DNA of 64,000 nt from positions 980,829-1,044,828 of the forward strand of contig CAWDZK010000001.1 in NCBI GenBank assembly GCA_963807005.1, in the 5' to 3' direction. A program made the translations under genes and the position numbers. Shown in pieces: positions 1-9,165 of the stretch. The notes beneath the pieces are model-generated. The model was not told the DNA's origin. It saw only the letters and a program-made list of their open reading frames with translations, and searched no databases. Each line of letters begins with the position of its first letter. Within the stretch, counting starts at the first letter, position 1. This stretch comes from an uncultured Actinomycetota bacterium. Its GTDB lineage: Bacteria > Actinomycetota > Actinomycetes > JACCUZ01.

Positions 1-57
1 AGGCTGGTCCCCTGCCCGACCCGGCCCGACCACCCGCCGTACCTCCGAAGGACTCGC

Positions 58-1602
58 GTGTTCGCCACCCTCTCCGACCGCCTCGCCGCCACGTTCAAGA
101 CCCTGCGCGGCAAGGGGCGGCTCACCGACGACGACATCGACGCGACCACCCGGGAGATCCGGGTGGCCCTGCTCGAGGCCGACGTGGCGCTCCCGGTGGT
201 CAAGGACTTCATCGCGGCCGTGCGCGAGCGGGCCCGCGGCATCGAGGTCAGCCAGGCGCTCAACCCGGCCCAGCAGATCATCAAGATCGTCGACGAGGAG
301 CTCGTCGCGATCCTCGGCGGGGAGACCCGCCGGCTGCGGTTCGCCAAGAACCCGCCCAGCGTGATCATGCTCGCCGGCCTCCAGGGCTCCGGCAAGACGA
401 CGCTGGCCGGCAAGCTCGCGCACTGGCTCAAGGGCCAGGGCCACCAGCCGGTGCTCGTGGCGGCCGACCTCCAGCGGCCCAACGCCGTCACCCAGCTCCA
501 GGTCGTCGGCGAGCGGGCCGGGGTGCCGGTGTTCGCACCCGAGCCGGGCAACGGCGTCGGCGACCCGGTCGCGGTCGCCCGCCAGGCGCTCGAGCACGCC
601 AAGCAGAAGATGTACGACGTCGTCATCGTCGACACCGCCGGTCGCCTCGGCGTCGACGCCGAGCTGATGCAGCAGGCGGCGGACATCCGCGACGCGGTCA
701 CGCCGGACGAGACGCTGTTCGTGGTCGACGCGATGATCGGACAGGACGCGGTCGTCACCGCCCAGGCCTTCCTCGACGGGGTCGGCTTCGACGGGGTCGT
801 GCTGACCAAGCTCGACGGCGACGCCCGCGGCGGCGCGGCGCTCTCGGTCGCGAAGGTCACCGGCCGCCAGGTGATGTTCGCCTCGAACGGCGAGAAGCTC
901 GACGACTTCGACACCTTCCACCCCGACCGGATGGCCCAGCGCATCCTCGGCATGGGCGACGTGCTGACGCTGATCGAGCAGGCCGAGAAGGCGTTCGACA
1001 AGGGCCAGGCCGAGGAGATGGCGGCCAAGTTCGGCCGCGGCGACGACTTCACCTTCGAGGACTTCCTGGCGCAGATGGAGAGCGTCCGCAAGATGGGCTC
1101 GATGTCCAAGCTGCTCGGGATGCTGCCGGGCATGGGCGCGATGCGCGAGCAGATCGAGAACCTCGACGAGCGCGAGGTCGACCGCACCACCGCGATCATC
1201 ACGTCGATGACGCCCGAGGAGCGCCGCAACCACAAGATCCTCAACGCCTCGCGACGGCAGCGCATCGCCCGCGGCTCCGGGCGCACGGTCGCCGACGTCA
1301 ACGGCTTGGTCGAGCGGTTCACCGAGGCCCAGAAGATGATGCGCCAGCTTGCGGCGGGCGGCGGCATGCCCGGGATGCCGGGCATGCCGGGGATCCCAGG
1401 CATGGGCCGGGGAAAGAAGGCCAAGGGGAAGCAGGCCGCTCCCAAGAAGGTCAAGGGGGGCCGTTCCGGCAACCCGGCCAAGCGGGCCCTGGAGCAGAAG
1501 CAGGCGGAGGCCCGGGCGAGCGGAGAGGGCCTGCCCGAGCTGCCGCAGGACTTCGAGCTGCCCGAGGAGCTCAAGGGCCTGCTGCCGCCGACCCAGCACT
1601 GA
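58..1602 (+). CDS. ffh: Signal recognition particle protein Ffh (SRP54)
   Basis: 514-aa ORF with GTG start. Has an SRP54 N domain and a GTPase G domain (GLQGSGKTT, DTAGR, TKLDGD). The M domain is followed by a Gly/Met/Pro-rich and Lys-rich C-terminal tail. Confidence 0.95.
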   Translation: MFATLSDRLAATFKTLRGKGRLTDDDIDATTREIRVALLEADVALPVVKDFIAAVRERARGIEVSQALNPAQQIIKIVDEELVAILGGETRRLRFAKNPPSVIMLAGLQGSGKTTLAGKLAHWLKGQGHQPVLVAADLQRPNAVTQLQVVGERAGVPVFAPEPGNGVGDPVAVARQALEHAKQKMYDVVIVDTAGRLGVDAELMQQAADIRDAVTPDETLFVVDAMIGQDAVVTAQAFLDGVGFDGVVLTKLDGDARGGAALSVAKVTGRQVMFASNGEKLDDFDTFHPDRMAQRILGMGDVLTLIEQAEKAFDKGQAEEMAAKFGRGDDFTFEDFLAQMESVRKMGSMSKLLGMLPGMGAMREQIENLDEREVDRTTAIITSMTPEERRNHKILNASRRQRIARGSGRTVADVNGLVERFTEAQKMMRQLAAGGGMPGMPGMPGIPGMGRGKKAKGKQAAPKKVKGGRSGNPAKRALEQKQAEARASGEGLPELPQDFELPEELKGLLPPTQH

Positions 1603-1672
1603 CCCCACTTTCTGACCCACCTCGCCGAACCGACCCCGCGGACCGACCCCGTTGACCGATCCCCGTCTGCGG

Positions 1673-1731
1673 TCGAGTGGCGCGTAGTGGCTGCTCCAGG
1701 GACTCCGGGGGGACCACTACGCGCCACTCGA
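1673..1731. terminator. Perfect 18-bp inverted repeat (tcgagtggcgcgtagtgg ... ccactacgcgccactcga) with a 23-nt loop, 70 nt downstream of the ffh stop
   Basis: Read directly from the sequence; arms are 1673-1690 and 1714-1731. No U-tract. Candidate terminator or protein-binding hairpin. Confidence 0.4.
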
Positions 1732-1756
1732 CGGGTCCACGAGTCGCTCTGGCAGG

Positions 1757-2863
1757 GTGGCCCGCGTGAGTGAGCGTGGAGTGGTCACCCCCCTGCACCT
1801 GAGAGCGGCGGTGCTGCCCGAGGGCGAGCAGCGGGACCTGTGGGTCGACGACCGTGGCCTGCTGCGCGCCGACGAGGTGCCCGGTGCGCAGACCGTGACG
1901 ACCGACGGCTGGGTGGTCCCGGGTCTGGTGGACGCGCACTGCCACGTCGGGCTGGACGCCCACGGCGGGGTGGACGAGGCGACCACCGAGGCCCAGGCCA
2001 TCGCCGACCGCGACGCAGGCGCGCTCCTGCTGCGCGACGCCGGCGTCCCCGTCGACACGCACTGGATGGACGACCGGCCGGACCTGCCGCGGGTGATCCG
2101 GGCCGGCCGGCACATCGCGCGCAGCAAGCGCTACATCCGCAACTACGGGGCCGAGGTCGAGCCCGAGGAGCTGGTCGCCCAGGTCGAGACCCAGGCGCCG
2201 CGGGGGGACGGCTGGGTCAAGCTGGTCGGCGACTGGATCGACCGGGAGGCGGGTGACCTCACGCCGTGCTGGCCGGCGGACGTGGCGGCCGCGGCGATCG
2301 CCCGGGCGCACGAGCTCGGCGCCCGGGTCACGGCACACTGCTTCGGCGAGCAGTCGGTGGCCGAGCTGGTCGCCGCCGGCATCGACTGCATCGAGCACGG
2401 CACCGGGGTCACCGCGGAGGTGATCGACGAGATGGCTCGCCGGGGCACCGCGCTGGTGCCGACCCGGGTGCAGCTGGACAACTTCCCGGCGTACGCCGAG
2501 CAGGGCGGGGCCAGGTTCCCGGCGTACGCCGCGCACATGCGCGACCTGCACGCCCGCTGCGACGCGACGCTGCGAGCGGCTTACGACGCGGGGGTGGCGA
2601 TCTACTGCGGCACCGACGCAGGGGGAGTGCTGCCGCACGGGCTGGTCGGCCGGGAGGTGCTGGCCCTGCACGAGCAGGTGGGGCTGCCGGCCGAGGTGGC
2701 CCTGGGCGCCGCGTCCTGGGCCGCCCGCGACTGGCTCGACCGGCCCGGGCTCGTGGTCGGGGAGTCGGCCGACCTGGTGGTGTACGACACCGACCCGCGT
2801 GCCGACCTGCGCGTCCTGGCCCACCCCCGCGCCGTCGTCCTCCGCGGTCGCGTCGTCGGCTGA
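1757..2863 (+). CDS. Amidohydrolase family protein (metal-dependent hydrolase)
   Basis: 368-aa ORF. Has an HCHVGLD metal-binding His motif plus later His and Asp (HCF, IEHG, CGTDAG) typical of the amidohydrolase superfamily. Confidence 0.75.
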   Translation: MARVSERGVVTPLHLRAAVLPEGEQRDLWVDDRGLLRADEVPGAQTVTTDGWVVPGLVDAHCHVGLDAHGGVDEATTEAQAIADRDAGALLLRDAGVPVDTHWMDDRPDLPRVIRAGRHIARSKRYIRNYGAEVEPEELVAQVETQAPRGDGWVKLVGDWIDREAGDLTPCWPADVAAAAIARAHELGARVTAHCFGEQSVAELVAAGIDCIEHGTGVTAEVIDEMARRGTALVPTRVQLDNFPAYAEQGGARFPAYAAHMRDLHARCDATLRAAYDAGVAIYCGTDAGGVLPHGLVGREVLALHEQVGLPAEVALGAASWAARDWLDRPGLVVGESADLVVYDTDPRADLRVLAHPRAVVLRGRVVG

Positions 2864-3060
2864 GGCGCCCGGCCGACGGACGCTCCCGCACCGGGCGCGA
2901 TTCGGCAGGACGCGGGCCGTCTGGCATGATGACCCGCTGTACTCGGTGTACGACGGGCCCTCTCATCCCGGCGCGCGCCGCGTCCCCCGGCCGGGAACGA
3001 CCGCACCCCCACGCGGTCCGTACCGCCACCCCGCTCGCAGAAGCAGGAGCTTCCTCAACC

Positions 3061-3651
3061 GTGGCTGTCAAGATCAAGCTGATGCGCATGGGCAAGATCC
3101 GTGCGCCGTACTACCGCATCGTCGTCGCCGACTCGCGCACCAAGCGTGACGGTCGGGCCATCGAGGAGATCGGCAAGTACCACCCCACCCGCGAGCCCTC
3201 GCTGATCGAGGTCGACTCGGACCGCGCGCAGTACTGGCTCTCCGTCGGCGCGCAGCCGACCGAGCCGGTCGCCGCGATCCTCAAGGTCACCGGCGACTGG
3301 CAGAAGTTCAAGGGCCTGCCGGGTGCCGAGGGCACGCTGCGTCACCCCGAGGACAAGGCCGACAAGAAGGCCCTGTTCGAGCAGGCGGCCAAGGACTCGG
3401 CCGGCGAGGCCAAGGACGGCGCCACCACGCCGAAGAAGCGGGCCGCGAAGAAGGCCGCTCCGGCCCCCGAGCCCGAGGCGCCCACCGCCGAGACCGGTGT
3501 CGTCGAGGAGCCGAAGAACGAGGACGCTCCGGCCGCGGAGCCGGCCGACGACGGCGCCGCCAAGGCGTCGGTCGACTCGGCCCAGGGCGCGCCCGCCGTC
3601 GAGGAGACCACCTCCCTGCCCGAGACCGAGACCGTCAAGGACGAGGCGTAA
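3061..3651 (+). CDS. rpsP: 30S ribosomal protein S16 with long Ala/Glu/Pro/Lys-rich C-terminal extension
   Basis: [32 protein letters not shown] matches the S16 N-terminus. GTG start at 3061 with AGGAG upstream. The upstream part of the longer ORF 2266-3651 is an Arg/Gly-rich GC artefact. Confidence 0.9.
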   Translation: MAVKIKLMRMGKIRAPYYRIVVADSRTKRDGRAIEEIGKYHPTREPSLIEVDSDRAQYWLSVGAQPTEPVAAILKVTGDWQKFKGLPGAEGTLRHPEDKADKKALFEQAAKDSAGEAKDGATTPKKRAAKKAAPAPEPEAPTAETGVVEEPKNEDAPAAEPADDGAAKASVDSAQGAPAVEETTSLPETETVKDEA

Positions 3652-3654
3652 GCC

Positions 3655-3894
3655 GTGCTCGAGGAGGCCCTCGAGCACCTGGTCCGCGGCATCGTCGACA
3701 ACCCGGACGACGTCTCGGTGCAGGACCGCACCAACCGGCGCGGCCGCACCCTCGAGGTGCGGGTGCACCCTGACGACCTCGGCAAGGTCATCGGCCGTGG
3801 CGGCCGCACCGCCAAGGCTCTGCGCACCGTGATCGGTGCGCTCGGCAACGGCCGGAGCGTCCGCGTCGACTTCCTCGACGTCGACGAGCGCTAG
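3655..3894 (+). CDS. KH-domain RNA-binding protein (YlqC/UPF0109 family)
   Basis: 79 aa with a GKVIGRGGRTAKALR KH motif. Conserved position between rpsP and rimM. Confidence 0.85.
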   Translation: MLEEALEHLVRGIVDNPDDVSVQDRTNRRGRTLEVRVHPDDLGKVIGRGGRTAKALRTVIGALGNGRSVRVDFLDVDER

Positions 3895-3907
3895 CCGGCG
3901 GTCTCCC

Positions 3908-4453
3908 GTGGTGGAGGTGGTCGTCGCGCGGATCGGCCGTCCGCACGGCATCCACGGTGCCGTCTCGGTGGAGGTGCGCACCGACGACCCGGAGGGCCGG
4001 CTCGCCCCCGGGATGGCGGTACGCACCGACCCCGCAGGCGCCGGGCCGCTGACCATCGTCGACGGACGGGTGCACTCCGGCCGGCTGCTGCTCCGCTTCG
4101 AGGGGTACGCCGACCGGGCCGCAGCCGAGGGGCTGCGGGGCGTGCTCCTGGTCGCCGACGTCGACCCGAACGAGCGGCTGGACGACCCGGACGAGTTCCT
4201 CGACTCGCAGCTGGTCGGCCTCGCCGTCCGCACCGTCGACGGCGAGACCGTCGGCGAGCTGGCCGAGGTGCTGCACCTCCCCGGCCAGGACGTCCTCGCG
4301 GTGCGGCGACCGGACGGCACCGAGGTGCTGGTGCCTTTCGTGGCGGCGATGGTCCCGACCGTCGACCTCGACGCGGGCGAGGTCCTGCTCGACCCCCCGC
4401 CCGGGCTGCTCGCCGACCTCCCCGACGATGCCGTCAGCGCCGAGGACGGGTGA
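3908..4453 (+). CDS. rimM: Ribosome maturation factor RimM
   Basis: [26 protein letters not shown] is a RimM N-terminal motif. GTG at 3908 is in frame with ORF 3836-4453. A PRC barrel C-terminus is present. Conserved rpsP-KH-rimM-trmD order. Confidence 0.85.
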   Translation: MVEVVVARIGRPHGIHGAVSVEVRTDDPEGRLAPGMAVRTDPAGAGPLTIVDGRVHSGRLLLRFEGYADRAAAEGLRGVLLVADVDPNERLDDPDEFLDSQLVGLAVRTVDGETVGELAEVLHLPGQDVLAVRRPDGTEVLVPFVAAMVPTVDLDAGEVLLDPPPGLLADLPDDAVSAEDG

Positions 4454-4472
4454 CGTGCGGCTCGAGCCGGAC

Positions 4473-5288
4473 ATGAGGGTCGACGTGGTCACGATCTTCC
4501 CGGACTACCTCGACCCGCTCCGGCTGTCCCTCATCGGCCGCGCGGTCGAGGACGGCCTGCTCGACCTGCGGGTCCACGACCTGCGCGACTGGACCTCCGA
4601 CCGGCACCGCAGCGTCGACGACACGCCGTACGGCGGCGGCCCCGGGATGCTCATGCGGCCCGAACCGTGGGGCGAGGCCCTCGACGCGGTGCTCGACTCC
4701 GGTGCCGGCAGCGCCCACGTCCTGGTCCCGACCCCCGGCGGTGCGCCGTTCACCCAGGCGATGGCGCACGAGCTCGCGCGGGACCCGTGGCTGCTGTTCG
4801 CCTGCGGGCGCTACGAGGGCATCGACCAGCGCGTGCTGGACGACGCCGGCAGCCGGTCCCGGGTCAGCCGGGTGACCGAGGTGAGCCTGGGCGACTACGT
4901 GCTCAACGGCGGCGAGGTGGCGGCGCTGGCGATCGTCGAGGCGGTCGCCCGCCTGCTGCCCGGCGTGATCGGCAACGCCGCGTCGCTGGTGGACGAGTCG
5001 CACGCCGAGTCGTCGGGAGGTCTGCTGGAGGCGCCCGGCTTCACCAAGCCCGCCACCTGGCGCGACCGGGAGGTCCCCGAGGTGCTGTTGTCCGGCGACC
5101 ACGCCCGGATCGCCCGGTGGCGCCGGGACGAGTCGCTGCGCCGCACCGCCGAGCGCCGGCCGGACCTCGTCGCCGCCCTGGACCCGGCGTCGCTGGACCG
5201 GCACGACCTGGCCCTGCTGGCGCAGCTCGGCTGGGTGCCCGCCGCCGACGGCGGATTGGCTCGCCCGGCCGGGCCTGTGGCAGACTGA
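4473..5288 (+). CDS. trmD: tRNA (guanine37-N1)-methyltransferase TrmD
   Basis: [40 protein letters not shown] and YGGGPGM motifs. ATG at 4473; the ORF tool offers an upstream start at 4428. Confidence 0.9.
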   Translation: MRVDVVTIFPDYLDPLRLSLIGRAVEDGLLDLRVHDLRDWTSDRHRSVDDTPYGGGPGMLMRPEPWGEALDAVLDSGAGSAHVLVPTPGGAPFTQAMAHELARDPWLLFACGRYEGIDQRVLDDAGSRSRVSRVTEVSLGDYVLNGGEVAALAIVEAVARLLPGVIGNAASLVDESHAESSGGLLEAPGFTKPATWRDREVPEVLLSGDHARIARWRRDESLRRTAERRPDLVAALDPASLDRHDLALLAQLGWVPAADGGLARPAGPVAD

Positions 5289-5412
5289 CCGACTGCGGTC
5301 AGCCGCGAGCACCCCCGCCACAGGGAGGGTGCTGTTTCACGACCAGGCCGCCACACAACTGCACCCCCACCCACCGTGGGTGACCTGTGGCACCGCGAGA
5401 GAAGAGAACCCG

Positions 5413-5772
5413 ATGCAGACGCTGGACGCCCTCGACGCCGCCTCGAAGCGCTCGGACATCCCCGAGTTCCGACCCGGTGACACCCTCAAGGTCCACGTCA
5501 AGGTCATCGAGGGCACCCGCTCTCGCATCCAGGTCTTCCAGGGCGTGGTCATCCGCCGCCAGGGCGCCGGCGTGCGCGAGACCTTCACGGTCCGCAAGGT
5601 CAGCTTCGGCGTGGGCGTGGAGCGCACGTTCCCGGTGCACACCCCGGTCATCGACAAGATCGAGGTCGTGACCCGCGGTGACGTCCGCCGGGCCAAGCTC
5701 TACTACCTGCGCGAGCTGCGCGGGAAGGCAGCCAAGATCAAGGAGCGGCGCGACGCGCGTCCGGCCAGCTGA
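5413..5772 (+). CDS. rplS: 50S ribosomal protein L19
   Basis: [47 protein letters not shown] matches the L19 family. ATG at 5413 lies inside the longer ORF 5329-5772. Confidence 0.92.
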   Translation: MQTLDALDAASKRSDIPEFRPGDTLKVHVKVIEGTRSRIQVFQGVVIRRQGAGVRETFTVRKVSFGVGVERTFPVHTPVIDKIEVVTRGDVRRAKLYYLRELRGKAAKIKERRDARPAS

Positions 5773-5813
5773 CCGCGCCTCCCGACGAGCGCACCCCTCC
5801 ACCGCCGGAGCAC

Positions 5814-6473
5814 GTGGAGGGCCGGGCGCCGTCGCGCACCAGGATGTGGCTGGACCTCGCCGTGCTCCTGGTCCTCGCCGTCCTCGCCACCTGGCTGGTC
5901 CGCAGCTACCTGGTCGCCCCCTTCTCCATCCCCTCCGGCTCGATGGAGAACACCCTGCGGCCGGGTGACCGCATCCTGGTCGACCGGCTGTCCTACCGGC
6001 TGCACGACGTACGCCGTGGGGACGCGGTGGTCTTCGACGGCACCCAGGCCTTCGGCTCCCTCAACGGCGGGGGGACCACCGACTACGTGAAGCGGGTGGT
6101 CGGGCTGCCGGGCGACCACGTCGTCTGCTGCGACGACCAGGGCAGGATCACCGTCAACGGCCGTCCGCTGGACGAGGGCGGCTACCTGCACCCGGGCGAC
6201 GACCCGTCCGAGCTGCGCTTCGACGTCCGGGTGCCGCCGGACCACCTGTGGCTGATGGGCGACCACCGATCCGACTCCCTCGACTCGCGGGCCCACCTCG
6301 GCGACCCGGGCGGCGGGTTCGTCCCGGTCGACAAGGTCATCGGGCGCGTTCTCGTCGTTGTCTGGCCGCTGGACCGTTTCGGCTCCGGAGCCGGCGCCCA
6401 CGTAGGCTTCGCCGCACGCCCGGCCCGGCCGAGCGCGGCAGGAGCGACGGGGACGGAAGGGCGGACGCGATGA
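5814..6473 (+). CDS. lepB: Signal peptidase I (copy 1)
   Basis: N-terminal TM segment, then SGSMENTL (Ser box) and GDHRSDSLDSR / KRVVGLPGD boxes. The start could be ATG 5844 instead of GTG 5814. Confidence 0.85.
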   Translation: MEGRAPSRTRMWLDLAVLLVLAVLATWLVRSYLVAPFSIPSGSMENTLRPGDRILVDRLSYRLHDVRRGDAVVFDGTQAFGSLNGGGTTDYVKRVVGLPGDHVVCCDDQGRITVNGRPLDEGGYLHPGDDPSELRFDVRVPPDHLWLMGDHRSDSLDSRAHLGDPGGGFVPVDKVIGRVLVVVWPLDRFGSGAGAHVGFAARPARPSAAGATGTEGRTR

Positions 6474-7279
6474 CCACCGAGGACGGTCCGCGCGCTGCCG
6501 ACGCCTCGAGCCGGACCTCGAGCGGGCCGCGGCACAGCGCCACCCCGCCACCGCCTGCCGCTCCCGGCAGCCGCGGGCAGGTGCGCACCCGCCGTGCTCC
6601 GGCGAAGCGCAAGTCGTTCCTGCGCGAGCTTCCCGGCATCGTGATCACCGCCCTGGTCATCTCGGTCCTGATCAAGACCTTCCTCGTCCAGGCGTTCTAC
6701 ATCCCGTCGGGCTCGATGGAGAACACCCTGCTGGTCAACGACCGGGTCCTGGTCAACAAGCTCGCCGACAAGCCCGACGAGATCCACCGCGGCGACATCG
6801 TGGTGTTCCGCGACCCGGGCGGCTGGCTCGGCGGCTCCGGCGCCGCGGCGGACAACGGCAGCCTGGTGGGGGCGGTGCGCAGGGTGCTGGTGTTCGTCGG
6901 TCTGGCCCCCGCCGCCGGTGAGGAGGACCTCATCAAGCGGGTCATCGGTGTCGGCGGGGACAAGGTCGCCTGCTGCGACGCCGGCCGCATCACCGTCAAC
7001 GGCGTCCCGCTGGACGAGCCGTACCTGCACCCCGGCGACGACCCTTCCGGCGAGACGTTCTCCGCCACGGTTCCGGACGGCTCGCTCTGGGTCATGGGCG
7101 ACCACCGGTCGGTGTCCGAGGACAGCCGGGCCCACCAGCAGCAGCCCGGCAAGGGGTTCGTGCCGGTCGACGACGTCATCGGTCGCGCCTTCGTCATCGT
7201 CTGGCCGCTGGGACGGGGCCAGCTGCTGCACCGCCCGGCCACCTTCGACCAGCCCGGGCTCGCCGCAGCCGGTCGCTGA
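6470..7279 (+). CDS. lepB: Signal peptidase I (copy 2, tandem paralog)
   Basis: YIPSGSMENTLLVNDRVLVNK, KRVIGVGGD and GDHRSVSEDSR boxes. ATG at 6470 overlaps the copy-1 TGA stop (ATGA). Confidence 0.85.
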   Translation: MTTEDGPRAADASSRTSSGPRHSATPPPPAAPGSRGQVRTRRAPAKRKSFLRELPGIVITALVISVLIKTFLVQAFYIPSGSMENTLLVNDRVLVNKLADKPDEIHRGDIVVFRDPGGWLGGSGAAADNGSLVGAVRRVLVFVGLAPAAGEEDLIKRVIGVGGDKVACCDAGRITVNGVPLDEPYLHPGDDPSGETFSATVPDGSLWVMGDHRSVSEDSRAHQQQPGKGFVPVDDVIGRAFVIVWPLGRGQLLHRPATFDQPGLAAAGR

Positions 7280-7316
7280 CCCGGTTCGGTGCGGCCGCCG
7301 TCGTAGGCTCCTCGCG

Positions 7317-8153
7317 ATGGGCATGGTGCGGAAGTTCGTCGTACGGCGTGAGGGCGGCCTCTACGCCTACGAGCGCGCGCTCGAACGCGCTGCCCTGACC
7401 CCGGTGGCCGGCGCCGACGAGGCCGGGCGGGGGGCCTGCGCCGGCCCGCTGGTGGTGGCCGCCGTGGTGCTGCCGACCGGCCGGCGTGGCCAGGTGCCCG
7501 GGCTGGCCGACTCCAAGCTGCTCACCCCGGCCGCGAGGGACCGGGTGCACGACGAGGTGCTGCGGCGGGCGGCGGCCTACTCCGTGGTGGTCGTCCCGCC
7601 GCAGGAGGTGGACCGGCTCGGCCTGCACGTGTGCAACGTCGAGGGGATGCGACGGGCGCTGGTGCAGCTGTCCGTCGCCCCGTCGTACGTGCTCACCGAC
7701 GGGTTCCCGGTGCGCGGGCTGCCCGCGCCCGGGCTCGCGGTCTGGAAGGGCGACCGGGTCAGCGCGTCCATCGCGGCGGCGTCGGTGCTCGCGAAGGTCA
7801 CCCGGGACCGCATCATGGCGGGGCTGCACGAGCAGTACCCGCACTACGACTTCCTCGGGCACAAGGGCTACGTCACACCGGTGCACAACGCAGCGCTGGA
7901 CGCGCACGGCCCGTGCGCCGAGCACCGGTTCTCCTACGTCAACGTCGCCCGCCGGGCGCCCGACGACCACCGGGTGCCGGCGCGCACGCTGACCCGGCTG
8001 GCCGAGCTGCCCGACGACGCGGTCGACATCGACGAGGACGTCGACACCGTCGACGGGGACATCGACGGGGACATCGACCGGGACATCGACCGGGACATCG
8101 ACCGGGACATCGAGCTGGCGGCGACGGAGGCCGAGGAGGTGCTGACCCGGTGA
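7317..8153 (+). CDS. rnhB: Ribonuclease HII with acidic DID-repeat C-terminal tail
   Basis: MVRKFVVRREGGLYAYERALERAALTPVAGADEAGRGACAGPLVVAAVV matches the RNase HII N-terminus, including the DEAGRG catalytic motif. The C-terminus carries tandem DxD repeats. Confidence 0.88.
   Translation: MGMVRKFVVRREGGLYAYERALERAALTPVAGADEAGRGACAGPLVVAAVVLPTGRRGQVPGLADSKLLTPAARDRVHDEVLRRAAAYSVVVVPPQEVDRLGLHVCNVEGMRRALVQLSVAPSYVLTDGFPVRGLPAPGLAVWKGDRVSASIAAASVLAKVTRDRIMAGLHEQYPHYDFLGHKGYVTPVHNAALDAHGPCAEHRFSYVNVARRAPDDHRVPARTLTRLAELPDDAVDIDEDVDTVDGDIDGDIDRDIDRDIDRDIELAATEAEEVLTR
8027..8115 (+). repeat. In-frame tandem 15-nt repeats (gacatcgaccgggac) encoding (D-I-D-R/G)n inside the rnhB 3-prime end
   Basis: Read directly from the sequence. 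Translation is DGDIDGDIDRDIDRDIDRDIE. Confidence 0.8.
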
Positions 8154-8473
8154 GCGCGGAGGACCTGGAGAAGTACGAGACCGAGATGGAGCTGCAGCTC
8201 TACCGCGAGTACCGCGACGTGGTGGGGCTGTTCGGCTACGTCGTCGAGACCGAGCGCCGCTTCTACCTCACCAACGCCGTCGAGGTGACCCCGCGCAGCA
8301 CCGACGGCGGCGAGGTGTACTTCGAGGTGACCATGTCCGACGCCTGGGTCTGGGACATGTACCGCCCGGCCCGGTTCGTCAAGAACGTGCGGGTGCTGAC
8401 GTTCAAGGACGTCAACGTCGAGGAGCTGGCCCGGCACGAGCTCTCGGTGGAGCTCCCCTCCGACCCCGGCTGA
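8150..8473 (+). CDS. DUF2469 family protein (conserved actinobacterial, downstream of rnhB)
   Basis: 107 aa starting VSAEDLEKYETEMELQLYREYRDVVGLFGYVVETERRFYLTNAVEV. GTG at 8150 overlaps the rnhB stop (GTGA). Confidence 0.8.
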   Translation: MSAEDLEKYETEMELQLYREYRDVVGLFGYVVETERRFYLTNAVEVTPRSTDGGEVYFEVTMSDAWVWDMYRPARFVKNVRVLTFKDVNVEELARHELSVELPSDPG

Positions 8474-8491
8474 CCACGCCACCCAGCGTCC

Positions 8492-8519
8492 GAGTTGATC
8501 ACGTAAACGTGATCAACTC
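8492..8519. terminator. Perfect palindrome cgagttgatcacg-(taaa)-cgtgatcaactcg directly after DUF2469
   Basis: 12-bp arms (cgagttgatcac / gtgatcaactcg) with a 4-nt AT loop, seen in the sequence. Terminator hairpin or dimeric regulator site. Confidence 0.4.
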
Positions 8520-8790
8520 GGACTGCCCGCGGCCTGCAGGCCTCGGTCAGTCAGGGAACGCCGCGGTCAGGCGCCGCAGCCAAGGGTCGGCGGAAGGGCG
8601 GCGCGGCGCCCCGGTCTCGTGCCCGCACGGTCGGCGGGGGCGTCGGCCGCCGGCCTGTCCCGCTGGCGGCGGTGACGGCCCTCGCCACCCCGCACCGTCC
8701 TCGTCCACAGCCGGTCCGGCTGCTCGGCCCTGTCCACAGATCACCCGCAGCCGACCAGCGGTGCGGCCGGTCGGCGCGAGGCTCGTCGTC

Positions 8791-9165
8791 GTGACGGACG
8801 GACACGTGGTGCGCGAGCAGGATGCCCTCGGGGCGTACGGCGAGCGGGTGGCTGCCGCCCACCTGCGGGCGGTCGGCATGACGGTGCTCGAGACGAACTG
8901 GCGTTGCCCGCTCGGCGAGCTCGACATCGTCGCGCGGGACGGCGACGTGCTCGTGGTGTGCGAGGTGAAGACCCGGTCCGGCACCGGCCGCGGCCACCCG
9001 CTGGAGGCGGTGACGGCCACCAAGGCGGCCCGGCTGCACACCCTCGCGGCCGCCTGGATCGAGGCCCGCCGGGTGCATCCGGCCGAGGTACGCATCGATC
9101 TCGTCGGCGTTCTCCGGCCCCGGCGCGGGCACTCGTCGGTGGAGCATCTGCGGGGGGTGGCCTGA
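8791..9165 (+). CDS. yraN: YraN family endonuclease (UPF0102)
   Basis: AAAHLRAVGMTVLETNWRCPLGELDIVARDGDVLVVCEVKTRSG is a YraN/Holliday-junction-resolvase-like fold motif. GTG at 8791; an alternative GTG lies at 8761. The upstream part of ORF 8509-9165 is non-protein-like. Confidence 0.8.
   Translation: MTDGHVVREQDALGAYGERVAAAHLRAVGMTVLETNWRCPLGELDIVARDGDVLVVCEVKTRSGTGRGHPLEAVTATKAARLHTLAAAWIEARRVHPAEVRIDLVGVLRPRRGHSSVEHLRGVA

Noticed and set aside
2266-3060. Long N-terminal extension of the rpsP ORF (2266-3651)
   Set aside because: The upstream 265 codons are Arg/Gly-rich nonsense overlapping the amidohydrolase 3-prime end. The S16 homology, RBS and GTG start are at 3061.
8509-8790. N-terminal 90 aa of ORF 8509-9165 as part of YraN
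   Set aside because: The sequence is R/P/G-rich and non-protein-like, and the ORF begins inside the palindrome. YraN homology begins at about 8791 (or 8761).
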